Positions 9,658 to 18,431 of a stretch of 64,000 nt of DNA are shown in pieces. The stretch covers positions 32,001 through 96,000 of the forward strand of contig JAPDJW010000001.1 of NCBI GenBank assembly GCA_029258885.1, written 5' to 3'. Below the pieces are notes generated by a model. That model was not told the origin of the DNA. It did not search any database and was given only the letters and a program-made list of their open reading frames with translations. The translations under genes were made by a program, and so were the position numbers. The DNA comes from Thermoproteota archaeon (GTDB taxonomy: Archaea > Thermoproteota > Thermoprotei > Thermofilales > B9-G17). Position 1 is the first letter of the stretch, and each line of letters opens with the position of its first letter.

Positions 9658-10368
9658 ATGAGTATTCTCTTCTTTAAGAAGCTTGCTATAAGAATTAAGA
9701 GATTATGCATGAATCCAAGTGAGGCCTTTAAAAGCATAGAAAAAGACCCCGATTTTCTAGGCCCGTTCAGTATAATCTTGATTACCATAGCCTTTGCCAT
9801 TTTAAACCAATTTATTTTAGCCCAGAATATATTTTTCATGATTGAGGAGTTCAATATAAAGCAGGTGATGCACGGCTTTCTGCTTTCAAATATTCAATTA
9901 CTACTGGCAGTACAATTGATAATTGTAATACTAATGTGGCTAATAATATTCGCAATAAACTATTCTGTATCAAGGATGCTTGGCGGCGAGGCAGAGAGCT
10001 ATGCTCTTTTCTCGGCCTCAGGATACCTTTACATCACGCAGCTTTTACATTTTCTCTCAGATACGGTGGCACTATTGATAGCGATACGTAGTATGCCAGT
10101 ACTAGCTATATTCATGATAAATTCAAAAGTGGACGATATAGCTAAAAGCGTAGGCTTCGGCATATGGTTATCAAATTATGGAATGAATTTATCCTTTATA
10201 AGGGAATTTACGGGATGGCTATTCACGCTATGGGGCGGGCTTCTAAACGTCTATCTCATGAGAGAGGTATGTTACCTAGATTCTAAGAGAGCTATTGTAG
10301 GTGGAATAATAGCATATATTTTAATAACTATCGCAGCAATATTCGTAAATCAAATGTTCTACGGCTAG
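9658..10368 (+). CDS. Yip1-family membrane protein
   Basis: NPSEAFKSI N-terminal motif followed by about 5 TM helices. Confidence 0.75.
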   Translation: MSILFFKKLAIRIKRLCMNPSEAFKSIEKDPDFLGPFSIILITIAFAILNQFILAQNIFFMIEEFNIKQVMHGFLLSNIQLLLAVQLIIVILMWLIIFAINYSVSRMLGGEAESYALFSASGYLYITQLLHFLSDTVALLIAIRSMPVLAIFMINSKVDDIAKSVGFGIWLSNYGMNLSFIREFTGWLFTLWGGLLNVYLMREVCYLDSKRAIVGGIIAYILITIAAIFVNQMFYG

Positions 10369-10369
10369 A

Positions 10370-11623
10370 TTATTGGATAATTCCATATCCTATTAATCTC
10401 CATCTTCCGCTTATTCTCCTGCTTATTGCCACACGTGCGCCTTTCTCAGCGCAAACGGGAACCTTTAATTTCATGGTTACAATGTTGTCTCTCGAACCTT
10501 CGACAGTGCCTATAGTGGCTGCGGTACCAACGTTTAGAGCCAATACTTCTCTTTTCCTAATAGGTTCAACCTTGCGCATATCAGGTGTTCCAACGGCTCT
10601 TTCCATAAGAAATGTCTCCATTGTTAATTCCTCCCATATCGGAGGAAGGGTTCCAGGCTTTCCGACAACGTTCCCCATAAGACCATCAGATTTAGTTATG
10701 CTAGGATCCAGCAAGGTACCGACTCCTATAAGACCTCCTGGATAAGCCTCCTCCAGCTCAAATTCTCCAGATTTTAGGCTAGTTATCTCAGTATATAATG
10801 TTTTATACTTTATCTTTCCCGCTTCCATTATCCTAAGGCCAGGCCTAATTTCTATCTCATCGCCTACCCTAAATTTGCCCTGAACTATCGTACCACCTAT
10901 TACTCCTCCCTTCAAATCCTTGGGTCGTGTTCCAGGTTTATTAACGTCAAACGACCTTGCAACGTACATTCGCGGTGGTTTTGTAGGATCTCTCTGAGGT
11001 GTTGGCAGGAATTTTTCCATTGCCTCAATTAAGACGTCAATGTTAGTTTTATGTAATGCAGACACAGGTATTATTGGAGCATCTTCAGCCCATGTACCTT
11101 CAATAAACTTCTTAATTTCCCGATAGTTCCTAAGCACTTGCTCTTTTGATGCAACATCAATCTTATTCTGAACAATGACCATGTTCTTTACCCCTATAAT
11201 TGATAGAGCCATGAAATGTTCTCTTGTTTGAGGCTGAGGACAGGGCTGAGTAGCATCTATAACCATTAAGACTCCATCCATTATCGTAGCGCCAGCCAAC
11301 ATGATTGCCATAAGCATTTCGTGACCGGGTACATCTACAAAGGAAACTCTTCTCGAAAGAATTAAGTCACTTCCGCAGTGCTTACATTTCCAATCCGGAG
11401 CTAGCGCTTCCGTATAATACTTTATAGGTGGGGGGCAGGATGGACATACGAGAATTGCTGTATCGGCATAACCTAGTTTAAGCGTGATACCTCTCTTAAG
11501 TTCTTCAGAATGTCTAGCTGCCCAGATCCCTGTTAGTGCCTCTACAAGTGTTGTTTTGCCGTGATCTACGTGGCCAGCTGTACCTATGTTTATTAACGGT
11601 TGTTTAGCAGTTTCAGTCGTCAA
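10370..11623 (-). CDS. eif2g: Translation initiation factor 2 gamma subunit
   Basis: GHVDHGKTT, RGITLKLGY, Zn knuckle, DVPGHE, QNKID, RWRLIGYG. Confidence 0.97.
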   Translation of the reverse strand: MTTETAKQPLINIGTAGHVDHGKTTLVEALTGIWAARHSEELKRGITLKLGYADTAILVCPSCPPPIKYYTEALAPDWKCKHCGSDLILSRRVSFVDVPGHEMLMAIMLAGATIMDGVLMVIDATQPCPQPQTREHFMALSIIGVKNMVIVQNKIDVASKEQVLRNYREIKKFIEGTWAEDAPIIPVSALHKTNIDVLIEAMEKFLPTPQRDPTKPPRMYVARSFDVNKPGTRPKDLKGGVIGGTIVQGKFRVGDEIEIRPGLRIMEAGKIKYKTLYTEITSLKSGEFELEEAYPGGLIGVGTLLDPSITKSDGLMGNVVGKPGTLPPIWEELTMETFLMERAVGTPDMRKVEPIRKREVLALNVGTAATIGTVEGSRDNIVTMKLKVPVCAEKGARVAISRRISGRWRLIGYGIIQ

Positions 11624-11631
11624 AAAATCAC

Positions 11632-12003
11632 CTAGTCTATAAGAACGGTATTTACCTGAACTATATCCTCAGTAATAATATTTCCTCTCACTAATTTCCT
11701 TTTCCTCATCCCCTTCTTAGGAGGATGATAGCCAGGAGGGCCGGAAAGAAGTATCCTTTTCTTACCGCTTATAGGTAGATCCGGCCTCATAGGTTCACCT
11801 GCTCTCCCTGAACCGCCTGTAATTTTAAGCTTCTTCCCCCTAAATCCTAGAATGCTTCCGTCAATAACATCTCCTATTCGTAGTCCTACGAAGACACGAG
11901 CTTTCTCTCCCTTTACCTCAATTTGCTGAGCCTTACCCGTCTTAGGATCAGATACAACAACCTTAAACTCAGGCATAGAACCCCCATCACTTAGAACTTG
12001 CAC
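11632..12003 (-). CDS. rps6e: 30S ribosomal protein S6e (true start probably the internal MPEFKVVV)
   Basis: VVSDPKTGKA, LKITGGS, RKRKLVRGN. Confidence 0.95.
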   Translation of the reverse strand: MQVLSDGGSMPEFKVVVSDPKTGKAQQIEVKGEKARVFVGLRIGDVIDGSILGFRGKKLKITGGSGRAGEPMRPDLPISGKKRILLSGPPGYHPPKKGMRKRKLVRGNIITEDIVQVNTVLID

Positions 12004-12067
12004 ACCTATATTTACTTTGCTATAAAGCTATAGTTATATAGGAGATTTAAGATAGCATAACTAGCAG

Positions 12068-12682
12068 GTGTTTAGCATGAGCAGAGAGTTCATTACAGGA
12101 GCTACAACGGTTGGAATAGTTGTAAAGAACGGGGTAGTACTTGCTTCAGAGAAGAGAGTAACTTATGGCTATAGTTTAATGAGCAAGGCAGGGAAAAAGG
12201 TTTTTAAAATAACCGATAGACTAGGCTTAGCGTGTGCGGGGCTTATAGCTGACATGCAGACTATTTCAAGGATTTTAGCGGCAGAAGTCCGACTATACGA
12301 GATTGAAAACGCTAGGAGAATGAGCGTGAGGAGTGCCGCCAAGCTATTGTCAACAATACTCTTCAATAAAAGGCTTCTTCCATACTTTACTGAGACACTT
12401 ATAGGAGGAATTGATGATAGTGGGCCTCATTTATTCATCTTAGATCCAATAGGATCATTAATTGAGGATGATTATGCTGCATTAGGCACAGGAGCAAAGA
12501 TAGCCATTGGTATACTAGAGTCGGAATATGATAAGAATCATCCATTATCTAAAGCACGTGAAATAGCGATTAAATCCATTAAAACAGCCATAGGTAGAGA
12601 TGCCGTAAGCGGAGATGGAATAGACATATTAGTAATATCGCCAGAAGGGATGAAGGAGGAGTCAATTCTCATTAAAGGTTAA
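12068..12682 (+). CDS. psmB: Proteasome beta subunit, probably non-catalytic (Thr1 replaced by Ala)
   Basis: GATTVGIV, LASEKR, AGLIADMQ, ALGTG, RDAVSGDG. Confidence 0.93.
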   Translation: MFSMSREFITGATTVGIVVKNGVVLASEKRVTYGYSLMSKAGKKVFKITDRLGLACAGLIADMQTISRILAAEVRLYEIENARRMSVRSAAKLLSTILFNKRLLPYFTETLIGGIDDSGPHLFILDPIGSLIEDDYAALGTGAKIAIGILESEYDKNHPLSKAREIAIKSIKTAIGRDAVSGDGIDILVISPEGMKEESILIKG

Positions 12683-12722
12683 GGCATAAAATATATATCT
12701 AATTTATCTATTTCTGCATTAG

Positions 12723-13127
12723 GTGATGTTCTTGGCTACTCGACCTGAGGAAGCTGGTAGCTTAAAGGTTGGATCTTTCATAGTTATTGATGGAGAGCCG
12801 TGTAAGATAGTTGAATTGGAAAAATCCAAAACCGGAAAACATGGTTCAGCAAAAGTAAGAATAGTAGCAATAGGTTTCTTCGATAATGTAAAGAGAAGCA
12901 TAGTAGCACCTTCGGGGGCTCGTGTTGAGGTTCCTATAATTAATAAGAAGACAGCCCAAGTAATTGCAGTAATGCCTAATGCTATACAGTTAATGGATCT
13001 AACCGATTATAGCACCTTTGAGGTCCTACCGCCTGAAGACGAATCTCTCAGGAGTAAGCTTGAGCCAGGCGTAGAAGTTGAAGTATGGGAGGTCATGGGA
13101 AGACATAAGATTATGAGAACCCGCTGA
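12723..13127 (+). CDS. eif5a: Translation factor eIF5A
   Basis: Hypusine motif KTGKHGSAK. Confidence 0.97.
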   Translation: MMFLATRPEEAGSLKVGSFIVIDGEPCKIVELEKSKTGKHGSAKVRIVAIGFFDNVKRSIVAPSGARVEVPIINKKTAQVIAVMPNAIQLMDLTDYSTFEVLPPEDESLRSKLEPGVEVEVWEVMGRHKIMRTR

Positions 13128-13129
13128 TT

Positions 13130-13708
13130 TTAAAATCTTTTTCTTACAGGTGGAGGTACTACAAAGAGATAATACTTTTGTCCGCCCTTTATTTCCTCAA
13201 GTATTCTTTCAACTATTAGCCTTTTTGGATCGCTTATTCTAGTCCTTTCTTGAATATCCTTAAATGATTCGAAGGGACGCTTCTTCCTTTCTTCTAGAAT
13301 TTTCCACAGAGTCTTTTTCCCTACACCTCTTAGCAATTCTAAGCTATGCATGCGTGTAGTTAGGGGGCTAGCCTTATTGAAGAATTCTACAAACTTCTCT
13401 GCTTTTCTCGTAACTATTTCTTCGATAACTTCAGGAAGCTCTCCCTTCGCTGTCTGTGTAAGCTCATCATACGTTAATCTTCTGGTAATTCGCCTAACTT
13501 TACTTATGTCATGTTTACCAACATATACTCTTTCTCGTATTGAAAGAGGAATACCTTCATACGGTTGAAGCTCCAGTAACATAAAGTAGTCTTCGCCTAC
13601 AGCTTGAGCCAAAGGTCCACGTATAAATCCCCGAGGAGTATAATACCCATATGGAAGGTAGTCAAGAACTATAACATATTCTTCGTACGCCTTAGGCTGC
13701 CTATACAT
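13130..13708 (-). CDS. DUF655-family putative RNA-binding protein
   Basis: VLDYLPYG, AQAVGEDYFMLLEL, RMHSLELLRGVGKK, RPFESF; conserved neighbour of rpo4. Confidence 0.9.
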   Translation of the reverse strand: MYRQPKAYEEYVIVLDYLPYGYYTPRGFIRGPLAQAVGEDYFMLLELQPYEGIPLSIRERVYVGKHDISKVRRITRRLTYDELTQTAKGELPEVIEEIVTRKAEKFVEFFNKASPLTTRMHSLELLRGVGKKTLWKILEERKKRPFESFKDIQERTRISDPKRLIVERILEEIKGGQKYYLFVVPPPVRKRF

Positions 13709-13734
13709 GACTACCGCCCAAAATCATCAATACA

Positions 13735-14067
13735 TTAACTTCTAATATTATTAAGTAAATTTAGAATTTCCTCTAATTCCTCAGTCTTGAATATCTTTCT
13801 TTCTCTAACAAGAATAGTCCTAAGCTCTTCGATGGTTTCAGGAGCTATATTAAGGAGCTGAATTATTATTTCCTCGCTTAAACCAATATCCTTAAGTTTT
13901 TTAAAAATTTCATCCAAATTATCACACTTTATTTTAGTAAACTTCCTAGCATAATCAAGAGTAGCCTGCTGAATATAGCTCATCTCGTCCTTTTTATCTT
14001 CAAGTAGCTTCTTAACAACTATTAAAGGCACCATTTTTTCTTCAAGTACTTTAACCAAGCCTATCAT
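13735..14067 (-). CDS. rpo4: RNA polymerase subunit Rpo4 (RpoF)
   Basis: SYIQQATLDYARKF, IIQLLNIAPETIEELRTIL. Confidence 0.9.
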   Translation of the reverse strand: MIGLVKVLEEKMVPLIVVKKLLEDKKDEMSYIQQATLDYARKFTKIKCDNLDEIFKKLKDIGLSEEIIIQLLNIAPETIEELRTILVRERKIFKTEELEEILNLLNNIRS

Positions 14068-14231
14068 CTCCTCTGCTTAAAGTCTCATATTAATAAATTT
14101 CTTATCGAAGCACTGCTATAAAAATATATTCAAATCATCAAAATCTCAGTCTTATACTAGGACTTAAAATTGTAACTGTAGACTAAGGGAGAGCGAAAGT
14201 TACATAAGGATAAGACGCACTATAAGTACTA

Positions 14232-14316
14232 GCGGGGGTGGCCGAGCAAGGTCAAAGGCGCCGGACTCAGGCTCCGGTGGCGTAGGCCTGCGTGGGTTCG
14301 AATCCCACCCCCCGCA
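14232..14316 (+). tRNA. tRNA-Leu(CAG)
   Basis: GCGGGGG/CCCCCGC acceptor, CCGGA-CTCAGGC-TCCGG anticodon arm, long variable arm, GTTCGAATC T-loop. Confidence 0.97.
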
Positions 14317-14319
14317 TGT

Positions 14320-14380
14320 AGGGATGATCGATCAGAGTTAAGATGAACTCTTGTGATGATTAAAAGGCATTTGGGTGACC
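14320..14380 (+). ncRNA. Box C/D guide sRNA targeting 23S rRNA H69/H71
   Basis: C-like GGGATGA 14321-14327, D' ATGA 14343-14346, C' GTGATGA 14353-14359, D GTGA 14375-14378; guides complementary to 39437-39445 and 39460-39470. Confidence 0.9.
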
Positions 14381-14452
14381 AATTCTCCATCTAAGATAGG
14401 CTACTTTACTTGTGTAGCCAGAAACATATAGCTTTAACAATTAGGAACGGGG

Positions 14453-14758
14453 GTAAGCCGGCTATAGCCCGCTTTCTGTACTTGGGGGATTTATCTTGGA
14501 CCTCGGCCTCTACACGGGGATATCATCCGACCGAGGCCTGCTACAGGTTGGCCGTTTCACCCACTCCTTTAACATCGTCTGCGGGTTAGCTCGTCCCCCG
14601 TTACCGGAGAGACTTCGCCGCGGTCATTCTCATCTGTTAAAGGGGGTCTCGTTTCTGATCCAGAGCCAGGGCTCTCGCCCTACCGCCTTACGGCGGTTGT
14701 AGCCCCCGTGTAAGCGGAGCTTCCTCCGGGCGAACCCGGGCACCCCCAGCCGGCTTAC
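14453..14758 (-). ncRNA. rnpB: RNase P RNA (full length, type A-like)
   Basis: 11-bp terminal P1 helix GTAAGCCGGCT/AGCCGGCTTAC, GAGGAAGCTCC, CAGAAAC, GGGTGAAACGG and ACAGAAAGCGGGCTA conserved regions. Confidence 0.95.
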
Positions 14759-14831
14759 ATTTAATTATAGATTATAGAAGTATTTTAGGCTGTCGCTTAT
14801 TCTTTTTATACACGATATTGATTTCTAATAT

Positions 14832-15341
14832 ATGCGAAGCAAGATCTATATAACAGTCATAGGCAGTAGTAAAGATATTTCTCCTAAGGTTTACGAACTG
14901 GCTGAGAAGGTTGGTTTTGAAATAGCGAAAAGAGGTGCAATTTTAGTTTGCGGCGGCAGAGGCGGAGTGATGGAGGCCGTAGCTAAGGGGGCAAGAATAG
15001 CTGGTGGCATAACTGTTGGTATATTACCAGGCGTAAGCAGAGGGGAAGCGAATCAATACATAGATATAGTAATACCTACTGGCATGGGACACGGGAGAAA
15101 TTTTCTGAATATAGTGGCTGGAGATGGCGTTATAGCTATATCTGGCGGTGCTGGCACGTTATCAGAAATTGGTCTGGCTATTGCCTATGGAAAGCCAGTT
15201 GTAGTCATCAAAGGGAGCGGAGGAGTAGCCGACCTATTGGCGGGAAAGAATATAGGTGGTACGTATATAGATTTTGCTCACACTCCTGAAGAGGCTGTGG
15301 AAAAGCTAATTAGCTTGATTAAACTCAACCAAAATAGATGA
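14832..15341 (+). CDS. LOG-family (TIGR00725-like) protein
   Basis: CGGRGGVMEAVAKGA, TVGILPG, RNFLN, GGAGTLSEI. Confidence 0.88.
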   Translation: MRSKIYITVIGSSKDISPKVYELAEKVGFEIAKRGAILVCGGRGGVMEAVAKGARIAGGITVGILPGVSRGEANQYIDIVIPTGMGHGRNFLNIVAGDGVIAISGGAGTLSEIGLAIAYGKPVVVIKGSGGVADLLAGKNIGGTYIDFAHTPEEAVEKLISLIKLNQNR

Positions 15342-15390
15342 TGAAAAGCGGGCTTAAATGATTAATGACTGAGCCTGCATCGGCTGATGA
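15336..15390 (+). ncRNA. Box C/D guide sRNA targeting 16S rRNA helix 25 region
   Basis: C ATGATGA 15338-15344, D' ATGA 15358-15361, C'-like TTAATGA 15362-15368, D CTGA 15384-15387; guides complementary to 36511-36520 and 36454-36464. Confidence 0.9.
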
Positions 15391-15568
15391 CGCATAATGA
15401 ACTACCTTTTTTCTTCAATTTAATTTCAGCTTTCAATGGTTAGTATACAATTGTAAACAGATAGCCTTCTACCGAACGTTAATGATAATCGTCTTTATCG
15501 GCATGTTGGATCGAAAAAGTTTTTAGTTGCTTCTATGTGTAACATTTAAACCACTACGGTGATAATCC

Positions 15569-15856
15569 TTGCGTATGGGTGCTATTATAAGCATTGTAAT
15601 ACTGATACTAGTTACAGTAATTTTCTGGCTACCTGTGCCCATTGTCGTAGGAGACATACCGATTCTCGGTTATGTGGCTTTTTGTATAAGTAAAGGAGCG
15701 CCAGAAATGTTTAAGTTTATAATAGCACTAATAAATGCCGTTTTTGCAGTATTAGCTGTTCTTACATTGTATTTTTCACAAAAAATAAGTAGTTTCGAGG
15801 AACATGCAGAGTACGGTGAATACTATCCAAGATACTCACATACCTTCTATGAGTAG
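15569..15856 (+). CDS. Small hypothetical membrane protein
   Basis: Two to three hydrophobic helices; fills the gap before a convergent gene. Confidence 0.55.
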   Translation: MRMGAIISIVILILVTVIFWLPVPIVVGDIPILGYVAFCISKGAPEMFKFIIALINAVFAVLAVLTLYFSQKISSFEEHAEYGEYYPRYSHTFYE

Positions 15857-15857
15857 G

Positions 15858-16877
15858 TCATATCTTAATAGGCAATTTATATATTCCTTTTTCTGTTATT
15901 AATCCAGTTACCAGGTCTGGGGGAGTTATGTCGAAGGCAAAGTATATACCGCCTACTCCTTCGGGCACTATTCTTTTACCAAATATGTATAACATTTCCT
16001 TGGGATCCCTTTCCTCTATTTTGACGTCATCTATCGTACTGTTGAAATCTATTGTACTGAAAGGTGCAGCTACATAGAAGGGTACTGAAAATTCCCTAGC
16101 GACAAGCGAAAGAGGAAACGTGCCGATCTTATTTATAACATATCCATCCTTAGTTACCCTGTCGGCACCAGTAACAACTAAGTCTATTTTAATTTTTCTC
16201 ATAACGATTCCAATCATATTATCGGTTATAACCTTCACAGGAATACCTGCTTGCTTCAACTCGAATGCCGTTAATCTTGCACCCTGAAGGTAGGGTCTTG
16301 TTTCCATGACTATAACCTCGAATCTCTTTCCTTTCTCCCAGGCACGATACATAGGTGCTGTAGCTGTCCCATAGTAGCTAGTAGCTAATGATCCTGCATT
16401 ACATATCGTTAGAACTCTACCACCATCTTTAATCAACTTCTCTCCATATTCACCTATTTTTCTGTTGCATTCTTCATCAAGTCTGGCTATTTCCAGAGCC
16501 TTTTTAACTACAATATCCTTTAGATCGTCGACATTCTTCGCTGTTTTTGCGGCATCTAAAATTTTGTTAACTGCCCAGAATAGGTTATAGGCGGTGGGTC
16601 TGCTCTCCATAAATTCCTTAGCTATAGAATTTAACTTCTTAAGCGCTTTCTCGAGATTCTTAATTCTAATCTTAGTAACGGCCAATGCGAGACCATAAGC
16701 AGTAGCTACACCTATCGCGGGAGCGCCTCTAATCTCCATTTTCTTAATAGCCCTTATAACGCGTTTATAGCTGCTAGTTTCTATATATTCAAGCTTATAG
16801 GGTAGCTTCAGCTGGTTGAGGATCCTAACTTTACCGTCAACCCACTCGATTGTCCTAGGGATTTTCAACGAGCTCAC
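15858..16877 (-). CDS. mtnA: S-methyl-5-thioribose-1-phosphate isomerase
   Basis: IRGAPAIG, SRPTAYNL, TICNAGSLAT..GTA, ETRPYLQGARLTAFEL, NKIGT. Confidence 0.88.
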   Translation of the reverse strand: MSSLKIPRTIEWVDGKVRILNQLKLPYKLEYIETSSYKRVIRAIKKMEIRGAPAIGVATAYGLALAVTKIRIKNLEKALKKLNSIAKEFMESRPTAYNLFWAVNKILDAAKTAKNVDDLKDIVVKKALEIARLDEECNRKIGEYGEKLIKDGGRVLTICNAGSLATSYYGTATAPMYRAWEKGKRFEVIVMETRPYLQGARLTAFELKQAGIPVKVITDNMIGIVMRKIKIDLVVTGADRVTKDGYVINKIGTFPLSLVAREFSVPFYVAAPFSTIDFNSTIDDVKIEERDPKEMLYIFGKRIVPEGVGGIYFAFDITPPDLVTGLITEKGIYKLPIKI

Positions 16878-16937
16878 CGAAACTTATAATTCCTGATTTA
16901 TCTTAAAAGGATTCAGTCAGAGATTTGGGGAGAATAA

Positions 16938-17870
16938 ATGATAGGCGTCGTGGGAGGAGCTGGCTTTATAGGTATACATACTGTTAAAATGCTTGATAGG
17001 TTGGGGTATGAAGTAGTTGTAATCGATAATTTGTCTAAAGCAAGAAGGGAAAACATAGACGAATTGAATAAGATGGGTATAGAGATAAGGATTGCTGATA
17101 TAAGAAGAAGTGATGAAATTAAGAAAGCCCTTAAGGGAGTAGAGAGGATTATTCATTTAGCTGCATTAATTAGTGTTGAGGAATCGTTAAAGAACCCTAG
17201 ATTATATTGTCAAGTTAACACTTATGGTACAGTAAACTTGCTAGATGCATGCGTTGAAGCTGGTGTAGAGAGGTTTGTCTATGCGTCTAGCGCTGCTGTG
17301 TATGGCAATCCCAAATATCTTCCCATAGACGAGAAGCATCCTTTAAAACCATTATCTCCCTATGGAGCCTCAAAGGCTTCTGGAGAATTGTTCTGTTTAG
17401 TATATAATTCACTGAACCGGCTTGAGACTGTAATATTAAGGTATTTCAACGTTTACGGACCTGGGCAAAGTGACGAGTATGCGGGCGTTATTACACGTTT
17501 TATAAAATCTGTAATCAAAGGTAAGCCGCCAGTAATTTATGGAGATGGTCTTCAGACGCGTGATTTCATATACGTTGAGGATGTAGCCCTAGCTAACGTG
17601 AAAGCACTTTTTAAGGAAAATATAGGTGGCTATGTCTTCAATATTGCCAATGGTACTCCTGTTAAAATAAAAGACCTAGCATATACAATCATAAGGCTTC
17701 TAAACATGGAAGGGACAATGGAACCTGTGTATTCGAAGCCTAGACCGGGGGATATTCGGGAGAGTTATGCCGATATAAGTCTAGCCCGAAGACATCTAGA
17801 TTTTTGTCCTCAGGTTAGTTTAGAGGAGGGTTTGGTGAAAACGATAAAGTATTATACTGCCCGCATATAG
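16938..17870 (+). CDS. NAD-dependent epimerase/dehydratase (UDP-glucose 4-epimerase-like)
   Basis: GGAGFIG, ASSAAVYG, YGASK, LRYFNVYGP, RDFIYVED. Confidence 0.92.
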   Translation: MIGVVGGAGFIGIHTVKMLDRLGYEVVVIDNLSKARRENIDELNKMGIEIRIADIRRSDEIKKALKGVERIIHLAALISVEESLKNPRLYCQVNTYGTVNLLDACVEAGVERFVYASSAAVYGNPKYLPIDEKHPLKPLSPYGASKASGELFCLVYNSLNRLETVILRYFNVYGPGQSDEYAGVITRFIKSVIKGKPPVIYGDGLQTRDFIYVEDVALANVKALFKENIGGYVFNIANGTPVKIKDLAYTIIRLLNMEGTMEPVYSKPRPGDIRESYADISLARRHLDFCPQVSLEEGLVKTIKYYTARI

Positions 17871-17888
17871 AAATTCCATGGTGATCTT

Positions 17889-18431
17889 ATGTTTTCTCAA
17901 GACGTAATTATTCTGCCGGGTATGCTAGGAGCTGGATGCACGCACGTAGCTGAGTTGTTATCTCAAAAGTTGGAATGGAGGTACGTTAATTCGGAAAGAA
18001 TTATCAGGCGTATTGTAAGCGAGTCAGGATTATCGTTTAGGGAGTTTCAAGTTGAGGTTCATTCCGGAGAAATAGATCTAGACAAAATTATAAGGAATGT
18101 TCTCTTAGATGAAATTAAGGAAGGTAAAGTCATTGTGGAGGGGAGGATAGCTTTCCTAATTCTAGATTTAGATGTTGGCGTGAAGTTCTTTCTATGGAGT
18201 TCTAAGAGCGATAGAGCTAGAATCGTTTCAAAAAGGCGAAATATACCACTAGAGAAGGCTCTTGAACAGATAGAGGAAAGCGATGAAGATAGGAAGAGTT
18301 TAGTTTGGCGACTATACAAGAAAGACTGGCTGGATTTAGATCTATACGATATGATTATCAATACTTCAAAGTGGAGCTATGAGGGTGCAGCAGAAATAAT
18401 TATCAAAGCACATTCTTACAGGAAACGATAG
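17889..18431 (+). CDS. Cytidylate-kinase-like protein with a degenerate P-loop
   Basis: Cmk-like VIVEGR and YDMIINTS motifs; Walker A reads GMLGAGCT. Confidence 0.8.
   Translation: MFSQDVIILPGMLGAGCTHVAELLSQKLEWRYVNSERIIRRIVSESGLSFREFQVEVHSGEIDLDKIIRNVLLDEIKEGKVIVEGRIAFLILDLDVGVKFFLWSSKSDRARIVSKRRNIPLEKALEQIEESDEDRKSLVWRLYKKDWLDLDLYDMIINTSKWSYEGAAEIIIKAHSYRKR

Noticed and set aside
14496-14702. 68-aa ORF on +
   Set aside because: Antisense to the RNase P RNA
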